Source: Eledone cirrhosa (Eukaryota). Taken from it: 64,000 nt of DNA. The notes beneath the pieces are model-generated. The model was not told the origin of the DNA and searched no databases. It saw only the letters and a program-made list of their open reading frames with translations. The translations under genes were made by a program, and so were the position numbers. The first letter of the stretch is position 1. Every line of letters begins with the position of its first letter. Below are positions 27,884 through 40,780 of the stretch, piece after piece. The stretch is from NCBI GenBank assembly GCA_964016885.1, contig OZ024756.1, positions 38,688,001-38,752,000 on the forward strand, in the 5' to 3' direction.

Positions 27884-28594
27884 TCTCCATTTGTCCCTCT
27901 ATCTCTCTCTTTTCTCTCTCTCTGTCTCTCTGTCTCTTCTTCCTCCCTTTGTCTGTCTGTCTGTCTCTCTTCTCTCTCTCTCTGTCTGTCTCTCTCTCTC
28001 TTCTCTCTCTCTCTGTCTGTCTCTCTTCTCCCTTTGTCCCTCTGTCTCTCTCTCTTCTCTCTCTCTCTGTCTGTCTCTCTTCTCCCTTTGTCCCTCTGTC
28101 TCTCTCTCTTCTCTCTCTCTGTCTGTCTCTCTTCTCCCTTTGTCTCTTTTTATCTGTCTCTCACCTCTCCCTCTGTCTGATGATAATCATGATTTTCCAT
28201 CCACTGTCCATTCTGGCATAGGTTAGAGAAGTGTCCACGACTAGACATGCCAGCAATCCATGTCTTCTCATACGCTCCATATTTCGGTATGGTTACCCGT
28301 CCTAACCAGAACTATTTTAAAGATTACTGGATGTATTTTATTGTGGCACCAGACCAGACAAGACAAGACAATCAATCTCTCTTGTGTTGATGGTCAGTAT
28401 TCCTTGTAAAGTGGTTTTAACTCTTAAAATGCTCCCAGTATATTCTGTCAAGTGGTTAGCATTACAAAAGGTATCAAGTCATAGAAACCAAGCCAAAAAC
28501 AGAATGTACAAGCAAGATAGAGTAGCCTGACCAGTCTAGCCTCAGTAATATGACAGCACATCTAGACCATACAAGTATAGAAAATAGACATTAA

Positions 28595-28815
28595 CACTTT
28601 AGCATTTAAACCGGCCATATCTGGCCAGAATTATCTCACCTCTTTCTGTTCAAACTGGCCGTAACCGGCCACTCATATTGAAGTTAAGGTATTGTTCTCA
28701 AAATAAGTATCATCAAAGTCTCATAGATTCGATATTGTGTGAAATAATTATGTGAAGTAAAGCTTTTACCACAAAAATATAATAGTATATATAGAGTAAT
28801 GTAAATGGTAAAGGG
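28595..28815 (+). mobile_element. piggyBac-type MITE copy
   Basis: TTAA-CACTTTAGCATTTA ... TAAATGGTAAAGGG-TTAA; body matches 22517-22722. Confidence 0.87.
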
Positions 28816-30496
28816 TTAAAGGTGGTGGATTGGCAGGATTGGTAGAGCATTGGACAAATTCATCAATATTTGTATCAACTCTTTACTTTTTGAGTTCTAA
28901 TCTTTTTGCCTTTCATCCTTCAATAAGTACCAGTCAACTATTGGGGTCATTGTAATTGACTGTCACCGTCCCCCAGATTGCTGGCCTTGTGCCATTGATA
29001 ATAATAATAATTATAATTATTATTATGTCTACTTTGAGCTTAAAATACATTTAGGTTTCCAGATACTATGACAACACCCTCCCCTCTAGCAAGTCACTAT
29101 ACACACACACACACATTAATATATACATACACACACACACACACACACACCAACACACACACACCAACACACACACACCAACACACACACACCAACACAC
29201 ATACACCAATACACACACCAACACACACACACCAATACACACCAACACACCAAATCACACACACACATACACACACCAACACATAAACACCATTACACAC
29301 ACCAACACACCAATACACACACCAACACACCAAATCACACACACATACACACACCAACACATATACACCATTACACACCAACACACTCACACATCTGACC
29401 TGCTGACCGATATATGTTCAATATTTACAGTATAGTTATTGATTTGGCTGAACTCATCTCTCTCTCTCCCACTCTCACTTTCTCTCTCTCTCTCTCATTC
29501 ACCTTCTCTTTCTCCCTCTCTCTTACTTTCTCTCTCTCTCTCTCTCTCTCACACACAGGTACACTCTCTCTCACACACACACACACTCTCACTCACACAC
29601 ACACTCTCTCACTCTCACTTTCTCTCTCTCTCTCTCTCATTCACCTTCTCTTTCTCCCTCTCTCTTACTTTCTCTCTCTCTCTCTCTCTCACACACACAG
29701 GTACACTCTCTCTCACACACACACACTCTCACACACACACACACACACACTCTCTCACTCTCACTTTCTCTCTCACTATGCCCTTCCCTTCACATTACCA
29801 TCACCACCACCACCACCACTACCAACTACAACCACCACTGCCACCACCATCACCACCCACTACAACCACCACAGCCACCACCATCGCCACCACCACCACC
29901 ACCACCACTGCCACCACCACCACCCACTACAACCACCACTGCCACCACCATCACCACCCACTACAACCACCACTGCCACCACCATCACCACCAACTACAG
30001 CACCACAGCCACCACCACCATCACCACCACCCACTACATCACCACCACCACCAACATGTGATCCATGTTGTTGTTACTGTTCACACCTGTGTAGGTATAG
30101 CTGGCCTCCTGTGTGATTACACCTCATAGGAGGATTCTGGGGTGGTGGTGGTTGTAGGTGGTGTTGGGGCGTTAGTGGGTGGTGGTGGGGTGGTGGTGGG
30201 GGTGCAGTCCTACCATGTCATTATTTGTTCTAATGATAGGAGGCAGGATTTGAACTCGGGATATACTGAGCTGGAACAAATACCACAAGGCACTACCCCT
30301 TCTCTGCACTGCTATTTCATTCATGGACCCTGAAATGATGTAAAGCGAAGCTGAACTTGGTGGGGGGGGGTCTTTGACTGAGAGAGTTGGAAGAAATACC
30401 ACAAGGTATCCTGTCTGATGCTCTAACAGTTCCCTTAATCTACTGACCCCTACTGACCCTCAAAGGATGGAGGGGAAAGTTGACCATGACCTTGGT

Positions 30497-30747
30497 GTGA
30501 GTGTGTGTGGCAGCTCACCTGTGCAGGTTTAGCTGGCCTCCTCCAAGGTATGTCTCGTTGGAGGTGTCTTGGGTGATTTAATGATAGGGACCCCAGTCCC
30601 TATCATCTCATTTCTACAGCTGAGTAAACTGGAGCAATGTGAAATAAAGTGTCTTGCTCAAGGAAACAACACATCGCCCGGTCCGAGAATTGAACTCACA
30701 ACCTTTCAATTGCAAGGCCAATGCTCTAACCACTAAGCCATGTGCCC
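30497..30747 (-). mobile_element. tRNA-derived SINE family B, alternative tail
   Basis: Nearly identical to 24715-24971. Confidence 0.85.
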
Positions 30748-31223
30748 TCACTTGGTGGTAGGGAGTATCTTGAACTCAGAGCACAAACAACAAATACTGT
30801 GTGTGTGTGTGTTCATGTATGCATGTCTATGTGTGTGTGTGTGTGTGTGTGTGTTCATGTAAGCATGTCTATGTATCTGTGTCTGTGTGTGTGTGTGTGT
30901 GTTTTTGGTAAATATCATCTTGGTTAAGAGAGTGGGACTGGCTTTGTGCAGTGCCTTTGCTCACTATAAAAGCTTCACGGCACAGGCATTGCTTTATATC
31001 TGGAGATCTCTCTGCACTTGTCGTCACATGGTACCATGGGCCCAGCACTATGTGTCAATAATTGTCACAAGTGTAGTGTTTGTACCAGAGTTTTCAAGTC
31101 GCTGGCTGGACTAAAAAGTCCCACTCGTTCAGCGCATCGGTAGGGGTTCTCCTACATGGATATAAAGTAGTGGCCGTACTCGAAAACGAGTTGGCAGCCA
31201 CCATATATATATATATATACATA

Positions 31224-31287
<64 letters not shown>

Positions 31288-31290
<3 letters not shown>

Positions 31291-31690
31291 CACTATACCT
31301 CTCTCTAGCTGTGTATGTGTATGTTGTGTACCTGCGTGTATATATATATAACACTATACCTCTCTCTAGCTGTGTATGTGTATGTTGTGTACCTGCGTGT
31401 ATATATATATATATATATATAACACTATACCTCTCTCTAGCTGTGTATGTGTATGTTGTGTACCTGCGTGTATATATATATAACACTATACCTCTCTCTA
31501 GCTGTGTATGTGTATGTTGTGTACCTGCGTGTATATATATAACACTATACCTCTCTCTAGCTGTGTATGTGTATGTTGTGTACCTGCGTGTATATATATA
31601 TAACACTATACCTCTCTCTAGCTGTGTGTGTGTATGTTGTGTACCTGCGTGTATATATATAGAACACTATACCTCTCTCTAGCTGTGTGT
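31288..31690. repeat. ~60-bp minisatellite with variable (TA)n
   Basis: AACACTATACCTCTCTCTAGCTGTGTATGTGTATGTTGTGTACCTGCGTG(TA)n about 6.5 times. Confidence 0.93.
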
Positions 31691-31959
31691 GTGTTTGTGT
31701 GTGGTAAACATAGTTCTAAGCAATAGCTGTCAATATGTTGGAGACTTGAGTTTGTAGTGTGGCAGGTTATTACATGTCTTAGGTATCACCTGCCTACTTC
31801 TTAGAGAGAGTGAGAGAGGGAGTGAGAGAGAGAGAGAGGGAGTGAGTGAGGGAGGGAGAGGAGATGAAAGGAGAAAGAGAGAGAAAAGAATGTGTTAGTG
31901 TTAGCCATTGGTAACAAATTCCAAATGCGGTTCATACAGGAAAAAAACATATTTAGGTA

Positions 31960-31990
<31 letters not shown>

Positions 31991-31993
31991 CAT

Positions 31994-32680
31994 ATCATCA
32001 TCATCATCGTTTAACGTCCATCTTCCACACTTGCATGGGTTTGGACGGGAGTTTTCCCACTTGAGGCTAGAGTGGTTGTCCTGCTCGTATAGGACTGTCT
32101 GGCGGGTTTTCTACGGCTGGATGCCCTTCCTAACACCAACCACGTTTGCAGTGTGGACTGGGAGGTTTTTACCGTGTTACCTACACGGCCACATTACAGC
32201 GTGGACTGTCTGGCGGGTTTTCTACGGCTGGGTGCCCTTCCTAACACCAACCACGTTTACAGTGTGGACTGGGTGGTTTTTACCGTGTTACCTACACGGC
32301 CACATTACAGCGTGGACTGTCTGGCGGGTTTTCTACGGCTGGATGCCCTTCCTAACACCAACCACGTTTGCAGTGTGGACTGGGAGGTTTTTACCATGTT
32401 ACCTACACGGCCATATTACAGCGTGGACTGTCTGGCGGGTTTTCTACGGCTGGATGCCCTTCCTAACACCAACCACGTTTGCAGTGTGGACTGGGAGGTT
32501 TTTACCATGTTACCTACACGGCCACATTACAGCGTGGACTGTCTGGCGGGTTTTCTACGGCTGGGTGCCCTTCCTAACACCAACCACGTTTACAGTGTGG
32601 ACTGGGAGGTTTTTACCGTGTTACCTACATGGCCACATTACAGCGTGGACTGTGTTTTTTTTTGTCGTGACACCTACATG
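31994..32680 (-). mobile_element. RTE LINE 3'UTR copy with 5 x 111-bp internal tandem amplification
   Basis: Colinear with 42310-42560; units start at 32092, 32203, 32314, 32425 and 32536. Confidence 0.9.
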
Positions 32681-32823
32681 ACCTCATATATATGTATATG
32701 TATGTGTGTATATATGTATATATGTATGTGTGTGTATATATGTATATATGTATGTGTGTGTAAATATGTATATATATATATGTATGTATATGTATATATA
32801 TATATATGTATGTATATGTATAT

Positions 32824-32865
<42 letters not shown>

Positions 32866-32999
32866 GACTCTACCCCACATCTCTCCCTCTCCCTTCCTTC
32901 TACTCACTGCTTCTGTCCCCTATAATCAAGAATCTGAAGGGATCTAGTAATATGACTAATTTTCTCATTATATAAGCTGCTGTTTGGAACATAACTTCA

Positions 33000-33220
33000 C
33001 CCTTTACCATTTACATTACTCTATATTTACTATTATATTTTCATTGTAAACACTTTATTTCACATAATTATCTCACATAACATCGAATCTAAGAGATTTT
33101 GATATAATTTATTTTGAGAAAAATACCTTAACATAAGTATGAACAGCCAGTTACAGCTGGTTTGAACAGAAAGAGGTGAGAGAATTCTGGCTGGATACAG
33201 CTGGTTTAAATGCTAAAGGG
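33000..33220 (-). mobile_element. piggyBac-type MITE copy
   Basis: CCCTTTACCATTTAC ... TAAATGCTAAAGGG-TTAA; body is the reverse complement of the family. Confidence 0.87.
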
Positions 33221-34081
33221 TTAAGAAAGATTCTTACATAAATTATGCTGGAAGTTTTTTAATATAAATATAAACAGTTTAAAATAAGCAGCTTGGTGTT
33301 GTAGAACCTGTGACTGGTTTCAAGTGGTTTGGTACTGAAATGGTTAACTTGATTTAATATTAATTGTATCTTGGTGTCTTCCATGCTAATTCCAATGGCT
33401 GCTATGTGCATGTGTTAAAATAGTTTGTTCTTCTAAATTCTATTTTCTTAATAAAGATGATGTATATTTATTTATGGAATCTACATTCTTAAGAACGGTT
33501 TGTATTTTTCTTTTAAAATATTATTGATTATTCAGAAAAATAATTTGTTCTGGAAGGGAGTGGGGAAGCCGGTGATCACACATCCTCTAGAAACAGGCAC
33601 AGACTTGGCTGTGTGGTTAAAGCACTCGCTTTGCAATCACATAGTTTTAGATTCAGTCTCATGGGTAAAGTGCCTTCTGCAATAGTCTTAGACTGACGAA
33701 TGACTTATGAGTGAATTTTAGTAGGCGGAAACTGAGCAGAAGCCTGCTGTATACGTGTGCATGCATGTGTCTTGTGTTGATGTTTATTTATTTATGTCCT
33801 GTAACTTAGCAGTTAGACAAAAATAGATGGATAAAAATAAATAACCAGACTTTAAAAAATTAGTATTGGGCATTGATATGATTTACTAAATCCTTTGACG
33901 GTGGTATCCCAGCATGGCCACAGTCAAATGACTGAAACCAGTGAAAGAATAAAGAATAATATGACTCTGCCAACATGGAAAGCAAATGTAAAATTATGAT
34001 GGTGATGATGATGATAGTCTTATCTTTAGATTTTTTTTTTTCTATGGTTTGCTGATTTTTCTCTTTTGTTTTTTTTTTTAG

Positions 34082-34256
34082 GTGACAAATTCCGTATGGT
34101 GATAGCCACCACATTACGAGAAGATGGCTACCCTGATGATGGGGAGTACTCTCCAGTTGATAGTGGCCCCACCAGATCCGACAGTTTTGAATATGTTATG
34201 TATGGAAAGGTTTATAAACTCGAAGGTGATGAAACTGGCGCCGATTCTGGAAGACT
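34082..34256 (+). CDS. POLR2H: Internal coding exon of RNA polymerase I/II/III shared subunit RPABC3 (RPB8)
   Basis: Translates as (G)[57 protein letters not shown](L), recognisably the RPB8 middle region (GDKFRLVIA...[15 protein letters not shown]). Preceded by a long poly-T tract and AG (34080-34081), followed by GTAAGT (34257). Phase 1 start, phase 2 end. Confidence 0.95.
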
Positions 34257-34339
34257 GTAAGTAAAACTTCACATCTTTTTGTCACCGATATTATCTTTGA
34301 GAAAGTTTTCCTGGTGTGTCTAATTTTCAGCGATTCTAT

Positions 34340-34900
34340 GGGTAACTCTACTTGTACAAGTGATGGTGTTCACCAAGGTTACTTGAACTGGCTGCAGCTA
34401 ATGTCTCCACAGCATCACAGACACCACTCATGCATGGTAATCACAGATGTCCAACATAGATGTCTGCCAGTCATGATTCCTACAGGGGATGCCAGATATC
34501 CAAGGACAAGATATTAGCTGAAGATCTGACTTGATCATGGCCAATCCACATTTTCAGCTGCCCACCTCATTTACTCCATGCTGGGAATGGCTTTGGTGCA
34601 GCTGCATCACGGATAAGTTCACCTCATGTGTGGTGGTGTGCAGGTCTAAACCATCAGAAACACCTTTTGGGTAGGAGTTGTTGAAGGGAATAGCTCCAGT
34701 ATTGTTGACAAATTTTGGGAGTTTGACACACAATCCAGTGCTCAAACATGGAAACTTGGTAAAAGCCAAATTGTTAAAACATATCCAGTTTGGTCAAATC
34801 TCACAACCAAGAGGAGGATGGATGAATAAGCACTCAATAAGTAGCCAAATGTACTGGGTGTTGTATCACTAGGTTGTTTGGCTTCTGGGCCTATGACAAC
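34340..34900 (-). mobile_element. Possible highly decayed LINE reverse-transcriptase fragment
   Basis: Frameshifted hints only (PKFVN-ILELF; ETL...QFK-LG-TIT resembling FKYLGSTI). Confidence 0.3.
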
Positions 34901-35372
34901 TGTTAACTGTCAACATCACTTTACCTCAGTTCTGCCAGTTTTTGTGTCAATTCTTTGCAATGAATTGACTGTTTGTTAGAGCGTTGAATTAAATGTCTCA
35001 GTATTCTTTCCAGCTCCTGTACTTGAATTAAAATCATGCCATGGTAAACTTTGCCTTTCAGCCTTTTGAGGATTGATAAAAAAAATAGAAATAAAAAGGC
35101 AGAGTAAATTAGCAGAATTGTTAAAATCAAATGGGATGCATTAGGATTTTTGTTCTGTCTTTATGTGTTCTTAATTCAAATCCTGTCCTGTGTCACTGGA
35201 AAAGCAGTGGCGCTTCTGTAAGGAGTTTTGAACAATAGACTGTATCAGCAAGGGAAAGACCAATGGCAACATTGTTTCCTTGGTCTAATCTGACAATTGG
35301 CTTCTTTCCTGTCTAAATATCCATGAACTGGCTATAGAAACATCCCTGTGTTATTAACCCAACACACTTTAA

Positions 35373-35984
35373 CCCTTTCATTGCCATATTTCTAATGAAA
35401 GACTCTCCCTATGTCACTAACCCTTTCATTGCCATATTTCTAATGAAAGACTCTCCCTATGTCACTAACCCTTTCATTGTCATATTTCTAATGAAAGACT
35501 CTCCCTATGTCACTAACCCTATCATTGTCATATTTCTAATGAAAGACTCTCCCTATGTCACTAACCCTTTCATTGTCATATTTCTAATGAAAGACTCTCC
35601 CTATGTCACTAACCCTTTCATTGTCATATTTCTAATGAAAGATGTTGCCTAAGATTTTGAAATAATTTTGAAAATAAATAAGAATTTGGAAGGACTTAAT
35701 AAATATAACTAATTTTCCCTTTATTAATCTGGTGTTTGGAATAGCTCGGACAAAAGTCAAATTATAACCCCCCCCCCCCCCCCCAATAGGGAAAAATCCT
35801 TTAAAAAAAAAAGTCCAAAACTGGTTCTTGCAAAATAAAAACTAAAGGGACACTAGAGAGGAAGAATATGAGTTCCTCACATCTGACCTCCTCTGTATTG
35901 TATATTAAATATAATAACACATAGAAAACAGTTTTGTATCATAGAACCAAGGGGGCAGTTTTAGGCATTTTGCTATGAAAAGGG
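35373..35984. mobile_element. Second TTAA-flanked (piggyBac-type) non-autonomous element with a 48-bp terminal tandem array
   Basis: TTAA-CCCTTTCATTGC at the left, GCTATGAAAAGGG-TTAA at the right; the 48-bp unit containing the left end repeats at 35371, 35419, 35467, 35515, 35563 and 35611. Confidence 0.7.
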
Positions 35985-36356
35985 TTAAAGTTTATAGATT
36001 TTTTTTTTCATCTTCACCTAATGTACTGTTTAACATTAAGGGGCCCCTGCTTAGAATTTTGGTCCAACTTCTCATGTGCCCAGCTGACATATATATATAT
36101 TTATATATATATATATATGTTGGAGGTGAGTTTTATTGTAGCACAATAAAGCAAGTATTGTAGCACTGTAGAGTGCTACTTATCTGATATTTGTCGGATA
36201 AGTAGCACTCTACAGTTTGTAGGACTGGAGTATAAATAATATAAGATCAAAAGATGGTTAAAATACTTGGAACTCTTTTAACCATCTTTTGATCTTATAT
36301 TATATATATATATTAATAATATTAATAAATGGAAAATATCTTTATAGAACCATATT

Positions 36357-36417
36357 TATTTTATTATACGTATTTCAAGGGTACTAATATCTAAGTACGC
36401 TTTCGTCAGATAAAATA
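36357..36417 (-). ncRNA. Type I minimal hammerhead ribozyme (canonical core)
   Basis: Minus strand: UAUUUUAU-CUGACGA-AAG C GUACU uagauauu AGUAC C CUU-GAAA-UACGUA-UA|AUAAAAUA. 8-bp stem I, stem II, palindromic stem III, AUA cleavage triplet (cut between 36365 and 36364). Confidence 0.82.
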
Positions 36418-36536
36418 CAATAATTGGTGTTAAGATGGTGACATATCTTCTTGTCAACTTAATGGTATAAGTCCAGTGAACCATATAACTCATTGTTATA
36501 ACTCAGATAACTCATTGTTTATATATACATATATAT

Positions 36537-36880
36537 GGAGGCACATGGCTTAGTGGTTAGGGCATTGGGCTTGCAATTGAAAGGTTGTGAGTTCAATTCT
36601 CGGAGCAGGTGATGTGTTGTTTCCTTGAGCAAGACACTTTATTTCACATTGCTCCAGTTTACTCAGCTGTAGAAATGAGATGATAGGGACTGGGGTCCTT
36701 ATCATTCCACTGCAAAGTGCTCGAGTAGGTGCCACGGCAAAAAAGGACACAGCCCTCACTGTAAATGAGGTTGGTGTTAGGAAGGGCATCCAGCTGTAGA
36801 AATCAAGCCAGAATCAGTTCCAGTCCCACCCTTGCAAGCAGGGAAAAGCGGACGTAAAATGATGATGATGATGATGATGA
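36537..36880 (+). mobile_element. tRNA-derived SINE family B (CORE-like centre, RTE 3' tail)
   Basis: A box TGGCTTAGTGG, B box GTTCAATTC, central CCTTGAGCAAGACACTT..., tail GTGTTAGGAAGGGCATCCAGCTGTAGAAA...GGACGTAAAA(TGA)n. Confidence 0.88.
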
Positions 36881-36911
36881 TATATATATATATATATACA
36901 CTCACCTTCTC

Positions 36912-36967
<56 letters not shown>

Positions 36968-37267
36968 ATCCTCTCCTCCGCCTTGACAGACCGAACTACT
37001 CTGGCAGATGTGGGTACCACAGTGTGTTTGCAGTACTACCCCTGTGTGAACACAGCTGGTGGTATCTGGTTCTGTTGGAGCACTCTCTACTATTCAACAT
37101 TAGGGCCCTGCCTAATTCTGTTGGAGCACACTCTACACTACACACACACACATAATATACATACATACGTATGTCTATGTATATGTTCACATATCATATA
37201 TGCATATATATATACATACATATGTATACATGTTTATACATACATATATACATGCATAAACAAACAT

Positions 37268-37317
<50 letters not shown>

Positions 37318-37414
37318 ACATGCATGTGTATATATATATACACATGCATGTGTATATACTCTTGCTAGCACGGAAAGTGAATGTTAAAACGATGATGATG
37401 ATGATGACAATAAT

Positions 37415-38257
<843 letters not shown>

Positions 38258-38505
38258 TGTAAAAGTGCGTGTTATATTCTATAACAGCTTGCACTGAGAA
38301 ATCAATGGTTTTGGCCCCTCCCAACTGTATCATTCCTTTCACTGGTGCCAAGAAGTATTAATGCTACTAGGGAATGTGTGTGAGTGCACATGCATGCATG
38401 GTGTATAGGTCTTAGCATGCATCTGTGCGTGCATCTGTGTATGTGCGTGTATCTGCTTGCATGCATCTGTGTGTGTGTGTGTGCATGTTTGTTTGCTTGC
38501 ATGCA

Positions 38506-38560
<55 letters not shown>

Positions 38561-38678
38561 CATCATAATTTAACATTCATTATGTTGGTTACCAAGGTAT
38601 GGACAGAGTGTGATAGACGTGGTGAGTACTTAATCAGGCTTACTGATCTCTGATCTCGCGTTCTTCTACTCTATAGAG

Positions 38679-38982
38679 CAGGCATGTCAAACATGCGGCC
38701 CTTTAGAAGCACCTGTGGCCCTCAAAAAGGTTTTTATAGCGCGAGCATGTTTTATCTTTGTAATATAAAATATAAAAAATTAGTTGTAATGTGCGGCCCT
38801 CAGACAACACATATGTGACCCATGTGGCCCTCAGACAACACATATGTGACCCATGTGGCCCTCAGACAACACATATGTGACCCATGCGGCCCTCAGACAA
38901 CACATATGTGACCCATGCGGCCCTCAGACAACACATATGTGACCCATGTGGCCCTTGGGGGACCCTCGGTTTGACATGCCTG
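38679..38982. mobile_element. hAT (Charlie-like) MITE with an internal 31-bp array
   Basis: TIRs CAGGCATGTCAAAC / GTTTGACATGCCTG; 8-bp flanks CTATAGAG / GTGTAGAG (6/8 match); TGCGGCCC subterminal motifs; five 31-bp units at 38795-38949. Confidence 0.85.
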
Positions 38983-39321
38983 GTGTAGAGTGCATCAGGA
39001 CCCAAGGTAGGTGTTGTAGTGTGTTTGACATAGCCAAACACTCCCCTCGTCTGTTTGTTTGGCAAGTTTTCTACTGCTGGAAGGTTGCCATGCTCATGAC
39101 ACAACTGACTGGCCCTTTTGGCGGGGGTGGTGGGTGGGGTGGGAGGGGGGGCATGGTTTCTACAGCTGGCTGCTCTTGCTTACATGAACCACCTTACTGG
39201 GTGCATTTTTCATGTTATCAACACTAGTGACATCATGTGACTGTAGATCCCTAATTTATGAAGAATTATGAGTAATTAAGTAAGATTATAAATTTTTTCC
39301 TTACCGAGATAGTAAGCTTAA

Positions 39322-40780
39322 CCCTTTAGCATTCACATTGAATTGTCAAATGTCATGTTCATCTATTCGCATTATTTTCACTTAATTATACTCAAGAGGG
39401 TTATCAATTTTATTTGTTTGTAATTACTTTAATTTTCTATGTGCAGACTTGAAATTTTGTCAGTAGATGTTTAAATAACTATAATTTACAATTATATATT
39501 TTTACCTGATTTTTTTTGTTAAATTTGACTTTTATGGGCAGGTGAAATTAATTAACAGGTGTAAAAGTAATAACTTTATGGATAAACACAAAAATTTAAA
39601 CTTTATCTGTTAGATTTGTTGCAAAAAAATCCAATAATGACCTAGATGCTGATTTCCATCAATTCTAGCAGTTTTCTGAACAGGTGAATTAATTAAAAAT
39701 GCAGGTGTAATCAGTACACGGTTTTAGTCTTTCTCTACATTCCAGGCAAATATTTTCATTGAAAAAAATGTATAAAACCTTTTCACCGGTCAAAATAATA
39801 TTGGCAATGTACTCTGTAAATGTACGGTGTAAAATTACGTAATAGAAAGTTCCCAATATATAAGTTTATACACACTTTTAAATTTGTCTGACAATATTTC
39901 AATTAATGGTCGTACTTTGTACAGTGGGTCGTAATTTGATTCATTTCTACCAGGGGCATTTGAAGTATCAACCAGATGCAAATACTGGTTTAATTTAATG
40001 AATCTCGTTTTTGCCATAATACTAGATATATAAGGGTCACCAAACCTTATATCAGTACTCCAATAATTCCACAGTCGTGGAAATTGTTTAATACCAAACA
40101 TAATATTTATGGTAAAAAACGCTTTCATTTCGGCAGAATCTGTCGGACAACATAACAGATCAGGTTTTCCGATATTAGAAATTTGTTGTTGTGCATAGCG
40201 ATTTGCCACAACTTCGAAGAAAGATTGTGGTAAAATTAAAAAATAATAATCCAGTGCTTTAACATCGGGTGGTAATGTGTGTTGTGGTCCAATATTTTAG
40301 TAAAATCCGAAACATGTATCGATGTTGTTTCTTTCAACCACGTTGCTATTTTTTCAATGGTGTCAGTCAAATCTTCTCTTTCACTTTCAAAGTAACTATC
40401 ATCATTATCAGATATATCAGAAATAAATATATCTGATTCGTTTGAAGATAAATCACTGATATTATCTTCTGTTTCTTTTTGATCTCGAATGTCGTCGGAC
40501 GTAAAACCTTCAAATTCGTTGTCGCTACTTTCGGAAGCCATGTTACACTTTCAACGTTAAAAACACGTGTTATCGCAAGTTCTTTCACTATACTAAGAGT
40601 TAATTTTCGCGCGTAAGGGCTTTATCTCGCAGTAATCTCGAATTGACGAGATTTCGATGATGTCAATGTTTATTTTTAGAAGGAAATCTCCGTGTGGTAT
40701 TAAATGTCGGTTTTTGTCGGTTTGAATAAATGAAAGGGGACATAATCTTGTCGGTTTTTGTCGCTTTGAATGCTAAAGGG
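39322..40780 (-). mobile_element. Internally deleted piggyBac DNA transposon
   Basis: Perfect 14-bp TIRs CCCTTTAGCATTCA / TGAATGCTAAAGGG, TTAA on both sides (39318-39321, 40781-40784), subterminal direct repeat TGTCGGTTTTTGTCG twice (~40705, ~40749), and a transposase remnant inside. Confidence 0.92.
39835..40541 (-). pseudogene. piggyBac (PGBD-like) transposase, N-terminal half, frameshifted and truncated
   Basis: Acidic N-terminus MASESSDNEFEGF..., then after a frameshift ANRYA...EMKAFF...WNYWSTD...IMAKTRF...LHLVD...DPLYKVRPLIE...ELSI. It stops where the first catalytic Asp (LSxDE motif) is expected. Confidence 0.88.

Noticed and set aside
33690-33740. CTGACGA...GGAAAC as a hammerhead
   Set aside because: No pairing stems; it lies in a diverged tRNA-headed SINE-like repeat (~33597-33750).
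36537-36610. tRNA gene
   Set aside because: A and B boxes are present but there is no complete cloverleaf, and the sequence continues into a repeated SINE body.
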